Source: a virus
Lineage: Duplodnaviria > Caudoviricetes
Reading direction: 5' to 3' (one strand)
Length of the DNA stretch: 52,784 nucleotides
IMG/VR virus record: IMGVR_UViG_3300036760_000035
Coordinates: 1-52,784 of that record
The position numbers and the translations under genes were made by a program. A model generated the notes under the pieces. That model ran no database searches and was not told where the DNA came from. It saw nothing but the letters and a program-made list of their open reading frames with translations. This document shows positions 10,024 to 19,886 of this stretch, piece after piece; the first letter of the stretch is position 1, and each line of letters opens with the position of its first letter.

Positions 10024-10183
10024 TAGTGCCTATCTATTAGGGCGGTATCTCATTGTATCTGTATCTCCACCCCTTCTTATCCTAAAGCATCTTTGATGTA
10101 CTTTCCCTTCTTGCCAGAGAATCCATTCTGATGTTCTAATTCTCGTTTCACAAACCCTGCACGTGTCAGTCTCGAAACTATAT

Positions 10184-10531
10184 TCATCGACTAATGAAAA
10201 GTCCGCCAATATCTATGTCTCCTTCCTCCGTAAAGCAACTTCGGAGACCTGGTAGAATTTCTTTAAGTGTTGCGCTCTCCCTTCCACCGTTCATAAAGAT
10301 CCAGCCCCTGACACACATCTCAAATGCTTCTTTCGGTGTTCGTCCATGAAATGTCAGTGATGGATACTCGTATCCATTCTCATCTAGAAATCCGAATCTC
10401 CATTTAAGTTCGAGCCCTGGTTGGAATGAGAATCTTCCGAACCATTCCGTCGTCGGTGGTGGCTTTCCTTCCTCTTGAACAGGCCCCCCGAAATCTAATC
10501 CATGTGGGAACGGATATTCGTCTTCATCCAT
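10184..10531 (-). CDS. Hypothetical protein
   Basis: ORF in the minus-strand gene run. Confidence 0.6.
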   Translation of the reverse strand: MDEDEYPFPHGLDFGGPVQEEGKPPPTTEWFGRFSFQPGLELKWRFGFLDENGYEYPSLTFHGRTPKEAFEMCVRGWIFMNGGRESATLKEILPGLRSCFTEEGDIDIGGLFISR

Positions 10532-10651
10532 CAGGCATTTAACTTTCCTTTCAATTAAAAAATATGTCTATATCGTGTGTGATAAGTATGTACCACATTA
10601 CGTATATCCACCAGAGAATAAGCCAGAAGAATAATATTGGATTATCCAAGC

Positions 10652-10981
10652 TTATCCACTTCCACCCTCCTCCCTTACTTCCATAGACCAGAGTTTATTA
10701 TAGATTGCATTACATGATCGTTGCAGTGTTTCTGAGATGAAGGCAATATCTGCCCCATTCTCCCACATCTGAAACATGATCATTATTTCATCGCTGCCCC
10801 ATGGCTTACCGCTCCTGGTTGTTTCCATGGCATCATCTGGATCTTCCACGAAGTCTTGTGGCCGTATAACGAACGACTGTGTGCCATGATAGAGACAGAC
10901 TGGCTCTCCAAATTCTAAGAACATCTCCTCCCCGCACACATTTTCCGTCCATTCGTTCTTGAAGCTGCAATGGTCTTTCAA
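10652..10981 (-). CDS. Hypothetical protein with C-terminal Myb/HTH-like motif
   Basis: GGAGG RBS; KPWGSDE...ISETLQRSCNAIYNKL. Confidence 0.6.
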   Translation of the reverse strand: MKDHCSFKNEWTENVCGEEMFLEFGEPVCLYHGTQSFVIRPQDFVEDPDDAMETTRSGKPWGSDEIMIMFQMWENGADIAFISETLQRSCNAIYNKLWSMEVREEGGSG

Positions 10982-11159
10982 TAAGAGCCTCCTCCATCAA
11001 TCTTTGTTTTAGATATACACATGCATCAAGCATCTCTTCGTAGACATCTAATAGGGCATTCCTTCCATTGAATGTCGTTAGTGGTCGGTGGTATGTTTTC
11101 ATGCCAAGTTGGTTTCTTGCTTCTATATCCTTGATTAATTCTGGGAAGACTTTATTCAT
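10833..11159 (-). CDS. MazG-like / all-alpha NTP pyrophosphohydrolase-like protein
   Basis: R..LG.KTY...L...EEMLDACVYL motif of this phage family. Confidence 0.55.
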   Translation of the reverse strand: MNKVFPELIKDIEARNQLGMKTYHRPLTTFNGRNALLDVYEEMLDACVYLKQRLMEEALIERPLQLQERMDGKCVRGGDVLRIWRASLSLSWHTVVRYTATRLRGRSR

Positions 11160-11201
11160 TCACTACCATTATTCCAGGAATCCACTCGTGCTTGTGATCG
11201 C

Positions 11202-11678
11202 TCACGGCGTCACCTCCCGCGCGTCGTAGGCGGCGAGGGCGTCTTCCACCCAAGACATGTGCCCAGCGGCAATGCCTTTGCGTATGCACTTCACCACGGC
11301 CCGCGTAAGAGACAACTCGCGCTCCGCCGTCTCCAGTTCGTCGAGCAAGCGAACGACGGCCGACAAGCACGACGGCCCGCTTCGGACACACCCCGCGTGT
11401 TCGCTACGCCACGTCGCCCGTTCCTCTGCTGTGATCATGCTGTGCCTCCCTTGCGATAGTCCGCTGTTTTCTCTGGGCCGGTGTCTTTTTGTCTCTCCTA
11501 ATTTGCTATGTTCTTTACTCCATTCTTTTCGTGCTTCGTCTAACTCTTCACGAGAGTAATAATCTTCAATGCTTATTCCGTGTTCTTCTGCGATTTCATC
11601 CCAATCTAATAAATTATCCGCTTTAATATTATCAATCACATAATCATGGATGAAAGGAATATCAGTCATTATTATCAT
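11202..11678 (-). CDS. Chimeric hypothetical protein; the GC-rich 3' half has its own start (MITAEER...)
   Basis: Abrupt GC shift and internal GGAGG-ATG near 11438. Confidence 0.55.
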   Translation of the reverse strand: MIIMTDIPFIHDYVIDNIKADNLLDWDEIAEEHGISIEDYYSREELDEARKEWSKEHSKLGETKRHRPRENSGLSQGRHSMITAEERATWRSEHAGCVRSGPSCLSAVVRLLDELETAERELSLTRAVVKCIRKGIAAGHMSWVEDALAAYDAREVTP

Positions 11679-12003
11679 CTTTATCAGTAAGATTGCAGAA
11701 GTAATCTACAATAGCCTGTACCTGTTCTACGGTTTGGTATCCAGCTACATTGGCGCTGATATCCATCCAAGTCCAGTGTGACCAGCTTACTGATAAATCT
11801 ACCGGCCATGCCGCTACTTCAAATTCGAAATAATCAAATGGACTGGGTAGAGTTTTGCGCGGCGCGCTATAGTGATATTTGCTGGCCTGGATGCTGACCA
11901 TATGATCTCCACATTTGATAGCTTTCCAAATCCTATAACCTTCTTCTGTGTTTTCAGATATCACGCCTTCTTCTATAATACGATCTCTAAAATCTATTTT
12001 CAT
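11662..12003 (-). CDS. Hypothetical protein
   Basis: GGAGGAG RBS; ATGA overlap with thyX. Confidence 0.7.
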   Translation of the reverse strand: MKIDFRDRIIEEGVISENTEEGYRIWKAIKCGDHMVSIQASKYHYSAPRKTLPSPFDYFEFEVAAWPVDLSVSWSHWTWMDISANVAGYQTVEQVQAIVDYFCNLTDKDDNND

Positions 12004-12707
12004 TCTACTCCTCCAAGAGATGGTCTTCCATTTTCATTCCAGGCATTCCAACAGTGGGGGAACCAATCTTCTAGTAATAGTTCCACTTCCCCTGCTGCTT
12101 TGCGAATCTCACTTTGCGCGTGTATGTCCGTGCGTAACGAGAGGAAGTTAAATAAGCTTCGCAGATTAACAGTCCAGATGAAACTAGTATAAGTATTGAC
12201 AGGTAAAACAATACGCGCCAGTTCCTTTGCAATTCCTTCCTCCAACATTCCTTTGTATTTGTAGTATGCTCCGAGTGAGTTCACCTTGATTACATCTATA
12301 ATATCTTTTATCAGAAATGTATTAGATATATTCTCATATTCGTAACTCATGTTCTTTCCCTTTTGAGAACGAACTTCATCTTCTGATGGTAGCCAGAATT
12401 TAGGTTCGTATTCCGTATATCTGGCACTTTGTTCATTAAATGAACTGAATCTATGTGTACGCCATTGCCGTTCTACAAAGATTGGTACGCTTATTTTGAA
12501 AGACATGATTGCATGCTCGAATGGCGTACCATGTCTATCAGCAATCAATCTTGATAAGAGAGCAAGATCTTTGTCGTCAATTTTAGTGTGTTCCCTATTT
12601 AATGATATCCTGGCGGAATTGACAATGGATAAATCTGTGCCAAGTGTATCTTGGTGAGTGACATACATTTCATTTGAGAAGATAAGATTATCATTCAACA
12701 TATGCAA
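12000..12707 (-). CDS. thyX: FAD-dependent thymidylate synthase
   Basis: IVNSARIS, HGTPFEH, RQWRTHRFSSFNEQSARY, KELARIVLP, NLRSLFNFLSLR and HAQSEIR motifs. Confidence 0.95.
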   Translation of the reverse strand: MHMLNDNLIFSNEMYVTHQDTLGTDLSIVNSARISLNREHTKIDDKDLALLSRLIADRHGTPFEHAIMSFKISVPIFVERQWRTHRFSSFNEQSARYTEYEPKFWLPSEDEVRSQKGKNMSYEYENISNTFLIKDIIDVIKVNSLGAYYKYKGMLEEGIAKELARIVLPVNTYTSFIWTVNLRSLFNFLSLRTDIHAQSEIRKAAGEVELLLEDWFPHCWNAWNENGRPSLGGVE

Positions 12708-12766
12708 CCTCTGGCTCTTGATAGATTGAAGTTACCACTTCATAGTTATCCCATTGAAGATCTGCG

Positions 12767-13117
12767 TCACAAGAGGAGCGATTCCACAAATTTGTTCTTC
12801 GCCTCCTCGCTGCTTTCCCTGTCCCACTTGTCAACATCGAGTAACAGAAAATGTCTACCAGGAATCCCTCTGCCATAGTGGAATGTGAAACACACGACTC
12901 CAACTTTTCCGCTATTAGCAGCCGCGTTAACGTCCGCTTGTGAAATGGCTTTTCGGAATTCAGCAGAGTAATCTTGAAAATTACGATACTTGGATTCTGC
13001 AACAAAATATTCCCCACTTATGTCTGCATGTGAAGTTCCTTGTGATGGATGTCGCCTCCCCCCCAGGCGACTTGCCCACCATCGTTCTGCTTGTTTCCAA
13101 GAATTAGATTGAGTCAT
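12767..13117 (-). CDS. PD-(D/E)xK Holliday-junction resolvase-like nuclease
   Basis: WKQAERWWA...GGRR...ADI...VAESK; likely start at MTQSNSW. Confidence 0.75.
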   Translation of the reverse strand: MTQSNSWKQAERWWASRLGGRRHPSQGTSHADISGEYFVAESKYRNFQDYSAEFRKAISQADVNAAANSGKVGVVCFTFHYGRGIPGRHFLLLDVDKWDRESSEEAKNKFVESLLL

Positions 13118-13601
13118 TATAGTCTTCGCCGATGTTGTAAGTACATCCTTGTTTTCTACAGTTGCCAGCAGCATCAGTATCATGCATATGTGGATGGATA
13201 GGACATAATTCTTTTGCTGATTCGAAGACTACATTGTATTCTGTTGCCATTTTCTGTAGTTCATATCCAACAGAGATTCCTAGAGTGCTGTTATTTACCA
13301 ATACCCTGTTTAGGGCAAGGGATACACCCTCTCGCCGAGCGTAGGAATCATGCTTAGAGCACACGGCCTCCCCTACACCAACAGTGAGGCCGTTTTCTTT
13401 TACAAGGATGAGCGTCTTCCCCCCTCTGACTGCAACATCCCATTCAATAAAGTGTTTGTCTGCTGCCTTCTTGTCAATTGGCATAGATCCATTGTAGCCA
13501 AAGTTCTTGATATCTTCTTTAAGATACCTGTAGTGTTTAACGCAGATTCCGTAACCAGCGCTTCTAATCGCCGCGATAAGTGTTGCGTTATTGATAAACA
13601 T
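13104..13601 (-). CDS. Conserved phage hypothetical protein
   Basis: RGGKT...GEAVCSKHDSYARREGVSLALNR motif common in phages. Confidence 0.65.
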   Translation of the reverse strand: MFINNATLIAAIRSAGYGICVKHYRYLKEDIKNFGYNGSMPIDKKAADKHFIEWDVAVRGGKTLILVKENGLTVGVGEAVCSKHDSYARREGVSLALNRVLVNNSTLGISVGYELQKMATEYNVVFESAKELCPIHPHMHDTDAAGNCRKQGCTYNIGEDYNDSI

Positions 13602-13604
13602 TAT

Positions 13605-13787
13605 CTAATAATCTTCCTCCTGTTCAGATTCGACCCAGAATGGATCACACCAAGATTGTTTGTAATTATGCTCCTCGCAATATGGACACCTATCTTCTTT
13701 CCCGCATCTTGAACAATAAGGATTTGTAGAGGTATTGTAATTTGCTACCCATTTATGCCCAATGATATAGCAAAGAATCTTTTTCAT
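13605..13787 (-). CDS. Small Cys/His protein (DUF1660-like)
   Basis: MKKILCYIIGHKW...CSRCG. Confidence 0.6.
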   Translation of the reverse strand: MKKILCYIIGHKWVANYNTSTNPYCSRCGKEDRCPYCEEHNYKQSWCDPFWVESEQEEDY

Positions 13788-14282
13788 TTATGATTCTTCT
13801 CGCTTACAGTTCCAATACCATTTCTGAGTCTTATTAGAGCGTGCAGGCTTGCCATCAGACCACTCAGGAATAACATTCATGTCTTCGACAACTTCTCCGT
13901 ATCCGCACTTCATTTTGCCTTTCTTGAACTTGTGTTCAATAATGCGTGCGTTTCCATGGTCGGGACACTTCCATCCGCCTTCTGTCTGGACGTTATTTCC
14001 TGCCGCAACAGAAGCATTGCTTCTGAATCGAGGAAGCATACCGTGTTCCTCAGCGGATTTCACAATGAATTGCAGGACGCCAATCTCTGCGCCAATGACA
14101 GCATCAACTTCTGATTCAGAGTTATCATTGATGTCTGAAAGGAATACGTTAATTTGCACATCGTATCCATTAACCTGCCCGGCGATTGTGTATTTCGGCC
14201 ATTCGTTAGATTCCAAGTTTATCCTCCAGGTATTTGTCTCTAAGTTTAATCCTATGATATCAGCTACTTGTTCTTTAGTCAA
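13788..14282 (-). CDS. Hypothetical protein with C-terminal Zn-binding motif
   Basis: GGAGG RBS; CPDHG...C...WYWNC; next to the exonuclease. Confidence 0.6.
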   Translation of the reverse strand: MTKEQVADIIGLNLETNTWRINLESNEWPKYTIAGQVNGYDVQINVFLSDINDNSESEVDAVIGAEIGVLQFIVKSAEEHGMLPRFRSNASVAAGNNVQTEGGWKCPDHGNARIIEHKFKKGKMKCGYGEVVEDMNVIPEWSDGKPARSNKTQKWYWNCKREES

Positions 14283-14348
14283 CCTTGATATCGCTAGCCT
14301 CCATTAGATGCTTTTCAATATGGCAAATAGATCATCATATCTACTCAT

Positions 14349-15296
14349 TTAGTTTTCCTTACATGCCTGAATCAAGTTACAACCTCCGCACGGGTTAAAC
14401 GTTCCTGTCAGCTTCTGATTGGGGCCTCCCCATATGGACTTCGGATCTACATTCGCCTTCTCCAATTCTACGTACTGATAATCTTTATTCATGTAAAGTG
14501 GGGGAACCGGTAGCCTGTTCCGAATTGCAGATGGCACACCTGCTCCAATTATGTCGTATATACTATCATGCACAAACATGATATTCTTTGCAATGTCTTG
14601 TTCAAGACTGACATACTCGATATAGAATGTTAGAGAGGCGTTTCCCCCTTTCCCAAGGAACGGGTCGTTCTCGAACACCTTCATTATGTCCTTTGAAACG
14701 ATTAAGAATAACCCTTGTTTGAGACCTGAGCCCGCTAATTCTGCTTGCAACTGAACATACCAGCCTGGTTGCGATGCCTTAATTCCTTCAAATGGAAGTT
14801 CGGGAAAACCACGACGTAACCATTTCCCATTACGAAAACCAGACATCTTGTATGCAGTTGACTTAACAGAAACAAGTGTTGGAGATCCAAGAAGCTTGAT
14901 AGATGCATCTGATGTTGATGCCATTGAGTTACCCAGATAAGAAGGAATCTGAGTACCCAGCAGGGGCCAACCGGCGCAATGCAATGTTGCAAGAGCCGCA
15001 ACTTCTATGTTGTGCCCTAACCAGAAGGTGAACTTTGTTGAACCAGAGAATTCTTCTTTATCGTAACCAAGAAATGATAGAGCAGTAGCACGAGTACATC
15101 CAATTGATTTCGCCATACCAAATGCATTCCTTCCATCTGGCATGATGTTCTCGTGGCCAGTCAGCATTTCTTTGTTTTTGACTGCCATCAACTCATCATA
15201 TTTATCGACCCAACGCTTCCATTCAGGATCATCCCACACTCCGCCATGTTGCTTCCACCAGTTCTCTAGGGCTCCTGCTATTGGATGTACAAACAA
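14349..15296 (-). CDS. Cas4-like PD-(D/E)xK exonuclease
   Basis: 1+3 Cys pattern (GCTR...PCGGC.....C), G..IE, SD...SVKS and QLQ motifs. Confidence 0.7.
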   Translation of the reverse strand: MFVHPIAGALENWWKQHGGVWDDPEWKRWVDKYDELMAVKNKEMLTGHENIMPDGRNAFGMAKSIGCTRATALSFLGYDKEEFSGSTKFTFWLGHNIEVAALATLHCAGWPLLGTQIPSYLGNSMASTSDASIKLLGSPTLVSVKSTAYKMSGFRNGKWLRRGFPELPFEGIKASQPGWYVQLQAELAGSGLKQGLFLIVSKDIMKVFENDPFLGKGGNASLTFYIEYVSLEQDIAKNIMFVHDSIYDIIGAGVPSAIRNRLPVPPLYMNKDYQYVELEKANVDPKSIWGGPNQKLTGTFNPCGGCNLIQACKEN

Positions 15297-15330
15297 TTAT
15301 TTGTCCTTTCGTCACATCTTGTGCAATATA

Positions 15331-16146
15331 TCATTTTGGGCCGTACCTCTGCCATTCTCCTTTCACAAGTCGATCAAGTTCTATCAACGGAAGTGCGGGG
15401 GTGCAATACATCTGGTTCCATGCGTGCATCAATCCATCAATAAGACCTGGATCATATGGAAATCGTTTGATAAGCAATCCGCATAGCTGTGCCGCTTTGT
15501 GATTCCGCCCGCCTTCTTTTATTGGCATGCATAATTCAGATGCCCAATTTGATGGACGCTCAGACATTACTTCATATTTAGCACCAATAAGTTCGAGGAC
15601 ATTATGTATGCCCCCTAGCTTAAATTCCATAAGTTTGCCATCTGGAAGGAATGTGTATTGAGTACTATTTGGATGAACGCTGGGAGGGGCAACTACATAT
15701 CCACCCTCTTGTTTAAGGTGGTGTAGTTTATCATTAACTCTGAATGTTGATGTCCTTGCGTGAATATCTGGCTTGAAATAAACATGAAATCCTTTACCAG
15801 TTGTTGCGGTCAGGCAATTAGAAAAATCTGGAGCAGCTTCCAAGAATGACATGTATGTTTGCACATCATCGAAATCAAGTACCGCTAAGCCGCTTACTCT
15901 GCCTGTTACAACACCAATGTTATTGAATCCTGTGTTGTGCCTAAACCAATTATCAATTTCAAAGTTCGTAGCACGTCTATCCATATAGGATAGCCAGCTT
16001 ATAATAGACGGCTTCTTATCTCGGAACTTTAACGGGATTACGCTCCAGCCTTTAACATCATAAAATTCAAGATGTTGCTTCATCCTTTCTTGATACTCAG
16101 GCAAGGACGTACTCACGAGATTCTCCCTCGTCTTCATCGCTATCAT
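15331..16146 (-). CDS. Bifunctional DNA primase/polymerase (Prim-Pol plus PriCT-like)
   Basis: GWSVIPL, KKP, NIGVVTG, VLDFD, TGKGFHVYF, GGYVVAPPSVH and EGGRN motifs. Confidence 0.92.
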   Translation of the reverse strand: MIAMKTRENLVSTSLPEYQERMKQHLEFYDVKGWSVIPLKFRDKKPSIISWLSYMDRRATNFEIDNWFRHNTGFNNIGVVTGRVSGLAVLDFDDVQTYMSFLEAAPDFSNCLTATTGKGFHVYFKPDIHARTSTFRVNDKLHHLKQEGGYVVAPPSVHPNSTQYTFLPDGKLMEFKLGGIHNVLELIGAKYEVMSERPSNWASELCMPIKEGGRNHKAAQLCGLLIKRFPYDPGLIDGLMHAWNQMYCTPALPLIELDRLVKGEWQRYGPK

Positions 16147-16474
16147 CTAAAATAACTTCCCTTTTCTCCATTGGAATCTTTTCAATTATTGGTGGTTTTT
16201 CGTGGTTTTTTTTGGAGGAGATAAATGAATTAAGATTATATCCAAGATCGGCAGCTTCGCACATAGAGCAGCACCATGTTAACTTAAGACTAGATGAACT
16301 TTTGCCGGGGAAATATGTTGATTTACATCGCTTACAAGTCAGTACCCCGACTATTGTTATATCGTCCCTTTGATTCTTTGATAACACGGCTTCTATTGTC
16401 ATAAACTTCCTTATGAGCCATCTTAATATGCTCATTAATATACCACCTTTGACGGCGCCTGCCGGTAGAATCAA
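16097..16474 (-). CDS. Hypothetical Zn-finger protein
   Basis: CKRC...CCSMC; likely start at MSILRW. Confidence 0.55.
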   Translation of the reverse strand: MILPAGAVKGGILMSILRWLIRKFMTIEAVLSKNQRDDITIVGVLTCKRCKSTYFPGKSSSSLKLTWCCSMCEAADLGYNLNSFISSKKNHEKPPIIEKIPMEKREVILDDSDEDEGESREYVLA

Positions 16475-16562
16475 TGTGTTCGAAGCAAATTGGGCAAACC
16501 ATATTGAATTACTCCGTAATTCTACTGTGTAATAGAATTTTAATTCTATGTACCATGTTCAA

Positions 16563-17480
16563 TTAGTCTATGTCCACAGACGAAAGTGCACGGGCGCGAA
16601 CGTTTCCAACAGCACGATTCATATCTGGGTGGCCTTTCCGGAATCCCATTTGCTCGGGCGTCGTGTCAAATGCATCAATGTCCATGAGGCACTGGAAGCA
16701 GATCCCATACTCATCATTGACCTCTCTCCAGTATACATTAAGTCCACACATAGCGCACTCGTCAAACAGATTTACATCTTTATGACCATTCTTTGCAAGC
16801 GCACTAGCCAGGGTTTCAGGCTTAGCAGGCGTCTTACCTTCATAGATTGTTTTTACCCAATCCTCATCTGCCCAATCATACATACTGGCATATGGATAGG
16901 ACATGTATCGTTGGGTCTTTTCTTTATATCCGTCGTTGGAAAACCACCGCTTATTTAGCGTGTCTTCCTCTCCTTGCTCTCGATTGACGAAAAGAATATC
17001 TCTTTTATTAGTAAGAAATACTATCTTATTCCAATTTCCAATGAATGCTTGAATCATTCGCATGATTCCTTCATTATATGGAAAGTTCCTTGGCATATGC
17101 ATAAGCATCATGTCAACAAATAACTTTGTGTCAGAGCGCGGATCACCGTCTGGTGATGCCCATTTAGGCAACATGATAATTCCGTTGTGAACCATGACCG
17201 TTGAGTCATTAACGATGAACGGATGAACATTTTCAATTGTCTTCTCTCCATGCGTTCCGATTCTAAAATGAATCAAGAATGGAGTTTCTTTGGAATAGAG
17301 ATTAAAGTCAGCGGTGAATTTCTTTAATAGGGTACCCACCTTCAAGAAATGCCTTATCACAATTTTGTTTTCGTGATTGACAAAGGCATAACCCTGACCG
17401 TCCGGGTTGTTTCTGGCCATCGCCCGGATCTCTGCTTCTGTTATATTACCTTTGGGGAAAATGACAGCTATAGTACACAT
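16563..17480 (-). CDS. Class II (Ntn) glutamine amidotransferase
   Basis: N-terminal MC, NPDGQG, HFRIGTHG, HPF, HNGII and SDT motifs. Confidence 0.9.
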   Translation of the reverse strand: MCTIAVIFPKGNITEAEIRAMARNNPDGQGYAFVNHENKIVIRHFLKVGTLLKKFTADFNLYSKETPFLIHFRIGTHGEKTIENVHPFIVNDSTVMVHNGIIMLPKWASPDGDPRSDTKLFVDMMLMHMPRNFPYNEGIMRMIQAFIGNWNKIVFLTNKRDILFVNREQGEEDTLNKRWFSNDGYKEKTQRYMSYPYASMYDWADEDWVKTIYEGKTPAKPETLASALAKNGHKDVNLFDECAMCGLNVYWREVNDEYGICFQCLMDIDAFDTTPEQMGFRKGHPDMNRAVGNVRARALSSVDID

Positions 17481-17483
17481 ATT

Positions 17484-18812
17484 TTACCACTTCTCCGTAG
17501 TTTTTGCAAGGTTAGGATACCTATCTGCATTGTTACGAATGAATCTTAGAAATGTATCCTCGTTGATTGTATCCTGGAAAATTTGATTCCTTTCTCCCCT
17601 ATCAACCGGAACCTCGTCCAACCCCAACGGGTCAGAATATTGGTGCAACGCATAACAAAATTCAATATCTTTCAGAACCTTTTGTGGATTGAGATTTCCC
17701 TTAAAGATTCTTAACTCAATAGTTGCATCGTTCTGGAGATTCGCCGCGACATATCTGTCATAATTCCCAGCCTTAAGCTTGGCTCGTGAAATTAAATCGG
17801 TTCTTTCTGTTTCTGTGAACCTGGCGAAACTTGATGATCGTTCTGCAATACGTTCACAAAATGATTGATTGTTGTAAAGAAATGAAAGAAATCTCCACAA
17901 GCCAACTTCCTCAAATGCATCCTTGGAAAGATGAATATGAATTCCACAATTCTCTTGTGAATAAGAAGCACATGTTCTTCCAATTTTTCCGAGATTTGAA
18001 ATAAGAATGTTACCTGGATCCTGCCAGTATTCTAACGATGCAGGATGAGATACAATTTCAAATCCATTTACGAGTGAGCCATCGTTCTTAAGATAACAAA
18101 ATGGCTTTAACATTTCTGCAATAGGCATAGCCACTGTTATTGCGTCTGAATATCTTCTGCACTCTACTTCAAGTTCTATACCACTCCATAGAACAGGCAC
18201 AGGCCCTTCGGTTATAAGCAGCGTTCTATTATCAGCAAAGAATATTGGTTGTGGTCTGTATGAATAGGAGTTGATCACACGTGGCCGACAGTTACGGCAT
18301 AACGTTGTAATGCCGGGGACGTGGTTTCTTTCTTCGCGGTCATCTTCATCTTCATCTTCATCCCAGTCACGCTCAGATGAGTATGGTTCTAGAGATTGTA
18401 TAGATTCTTGGAAATATCTAGCACAGTCCTCGCATCTTATGAATGGAACTGTTGATCTGTTTATACATACTACACAAGCAGCGCGATATCTGCCACCAAT
18501 TTCATATTCTGCGAACTCGTTAGCCCTTAAGTAAAAGTGTTCGCTTAATTCGCAATAATAGTGAGCGCGTGAGCATCTGGTACATAATCGTGGCGCAGTG
18601 TCTCTGTTATCATAATGTTCTTCGGTATCGCAAAGGATAAAGCTAGTAACCGCAGCGCGGCCGCAGAGGTGGCAGTGTTGTATAGGGCGAATAAGTTCTA
18701 CGAGTTCTGCTATTGCAAGGTGTGTACATTGTCTAAAGATGAGCCTATCTAACGATACGCAGCGCAACTCTGGAATAAGGTCGTTCACTAGTTGACTAGG
18801 CATACTGTTCAA
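17484..18812 (-). CDS. Putative amidoligase (COOH-NH2 ligase, glutamine-synthetase-like fold) with N-terminal Zn fingers
   Basis: GIELEVE, DGSL..GFEIVSHP, CGIHIHLS, RY.A.N and TIELRIFKG motifs. Confidence 0.85.
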   Translation of the reverse strand: MNSMPSQLVNDLIPELRCVSLDRLIFRQCTHLAIAELVELIRPIQHCHLCGRAAVTSFILCDTEEHYDNRDTAPRLCTRCSRAHYYCELSEHFYLRANEFAEYEIGGRYRAACVVCINRSTVPFIRCEDCARYFQESIQSLEPYSSERDWDEDEDEDDREERNHVPGITTLCRNCRPRVINSYSYRPQPIFFADNRTLLITEGPVPVLWSGIELEVECRRYSDAITVAMPIAEMLKPFCYLKNDGSLVNGFEIVSHPASLEYWQDPGNILISNLGKIGRTCASYSQENCGIHIHLSKDAFEEVGLWRFLSFLYNNQSFCERIAERSSSFARFTETERTDLISRAKLKAGNYDRYVAANLQNDATIELRIFKGNLNPQKVLKDIEFCYALHQYSDPLGLDEVPVDRGERNQIFQDTINEDTFLRFIRNNADRYPNLAKTTEKW

Positions 18813-18818
18813 CCACTG

Positions 18819-19049
18819 TCATTTGATACCTCTAAAAAGCCTTGACCATGATTGATTAAACCAATATATCTTGATTTTTATAGTCCGACCACCTAAAAAA
18901 CAAAGATCTTTATAGTGGATGTTATGCCAAACATTATAGTGTCTTTTGGATTTAATTGACAATCCACGCATTGACCAGCGTATATTGTGAAATCTTTTGC
19001 CTCGATACCAGAAAAATCTAATCGTTGTCATTCTTGACATCCTTCGCAT
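18819..19049 (-). CDS. Small basic hypothetical protein
   Basis: ORF in the tightly packed early run. Confidence 0.45.
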   Translation of the reverse strand: MRRMSRMTTIRFFWYRGKRFHNIRWSMRGLSIKSKRHYNVWHNIHYKDLCFLGGRTIKIKIYWFNQSWSRLFRGIK

Positions 19050-19210
19050 CCATTGATTTCACACCCCGATATTTTAAGATAGCACTCAAGGCATATCATG
19101 CCATCATAAGTAACATTAGTATTTTTACACTTAGAACATAGTATTGTTTGATTAGTTGTGTGCATGTGCTTGATTCCTTTTTCACACAAGATACAGCTAA
19201 GTGGTGGCAT
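19028..19210 (-). CDS. Small Cys-rich hypothetical protein
   Basis: Several CxxC pairs. Confidence 0.55.
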   Translation of the reverse strand: MPPLSCILCEKGIKHMHTTNQTILCSKCKNTNVTYDGMICLECYLKISGCEINGCEGCQE

Positions 19211-19781
19211 TTACATGCTCCATGTAAAATGGATATGTAACTGAAAATCCATTATTCGTCATAAACTCGGTAATCGGATTGAATAATCGATAATTTTCAG
19301 ATGTTGGAGAGAGTTTAAACAAAACAGCATCCAAGAATGCTAATGCTTTTTCTAGATCACAAGCGAGAACATCTGCGATTTCGTACTGGGTGGCTGTAAG
19401 ATTTTTGATATCTGTGTTTATATATTCAATAATCTCGTTTAGTTTTTCAACAATTTTGTAATCAATATCATCTGAGTTTATTATAGTTACTGGTGCTATT
19501 GGTGTAGGATCAACAGAATCGACAGTTAGAATTGCTTGCGTCGTATCATGATTTGATCTAAAACAGGCAAGGCAATGATGTGTCATCCATCCGTCGTGAC
19601 AACAGATACATTCGGAAACAAAATCTGATCCACTAAACGCGAAATACAGCCTGTCTCGTTCTGATTGCACATCTGGTTGGTGATGGTGTAGAATAAGTCC
19701 AGGCTGTGTTGCTTCCGAAGAGGCGATCCTCGCTGAAATGGAATAGTGGGGATTGTTAACAGGCATTATTGCTCCTTCCAT
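19197..19781 (-). CDS. Hypothetical protein
   Basis: AAGGAG RBS before MPVNN. Confidence 0.65.
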   Translation of the reverse strand: MEGAIMPVNNPHYSISARIASSEATQPGLILHHHQPDVQSERDRLYFAFSGSDFVSECICCHDGWMTHHCLACFRSNHDTTQAILTVDSVDPTPIAPVTIINSDDIDYKIVEKLNEIIEYINTDIKNLTATQYEIADVLACDLEKALAFLDAVLFKLSPTSENYRLFNPITEFMTNNGFSVTYPFYMEHVNATT

Positions 19782-19850
19782 TCTAGTAATTCTATTTGAG
19801 TATCAGTGAAACCAATCTTTTCCATTAAGATTCTCCTAGTTTGTAAACGC

Positions 19851-19886
19851 AGAAATAGACTCGATACTACTATCGAGTCTATTTCT
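19851..19886 (-). terminator. Hairpin terminator
   Basis: Perfect 16-bp inverted repeat AGAAATAGACTCGATA-ctac-TATCGAGTCTATTTCT. Confidence 0.75.
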
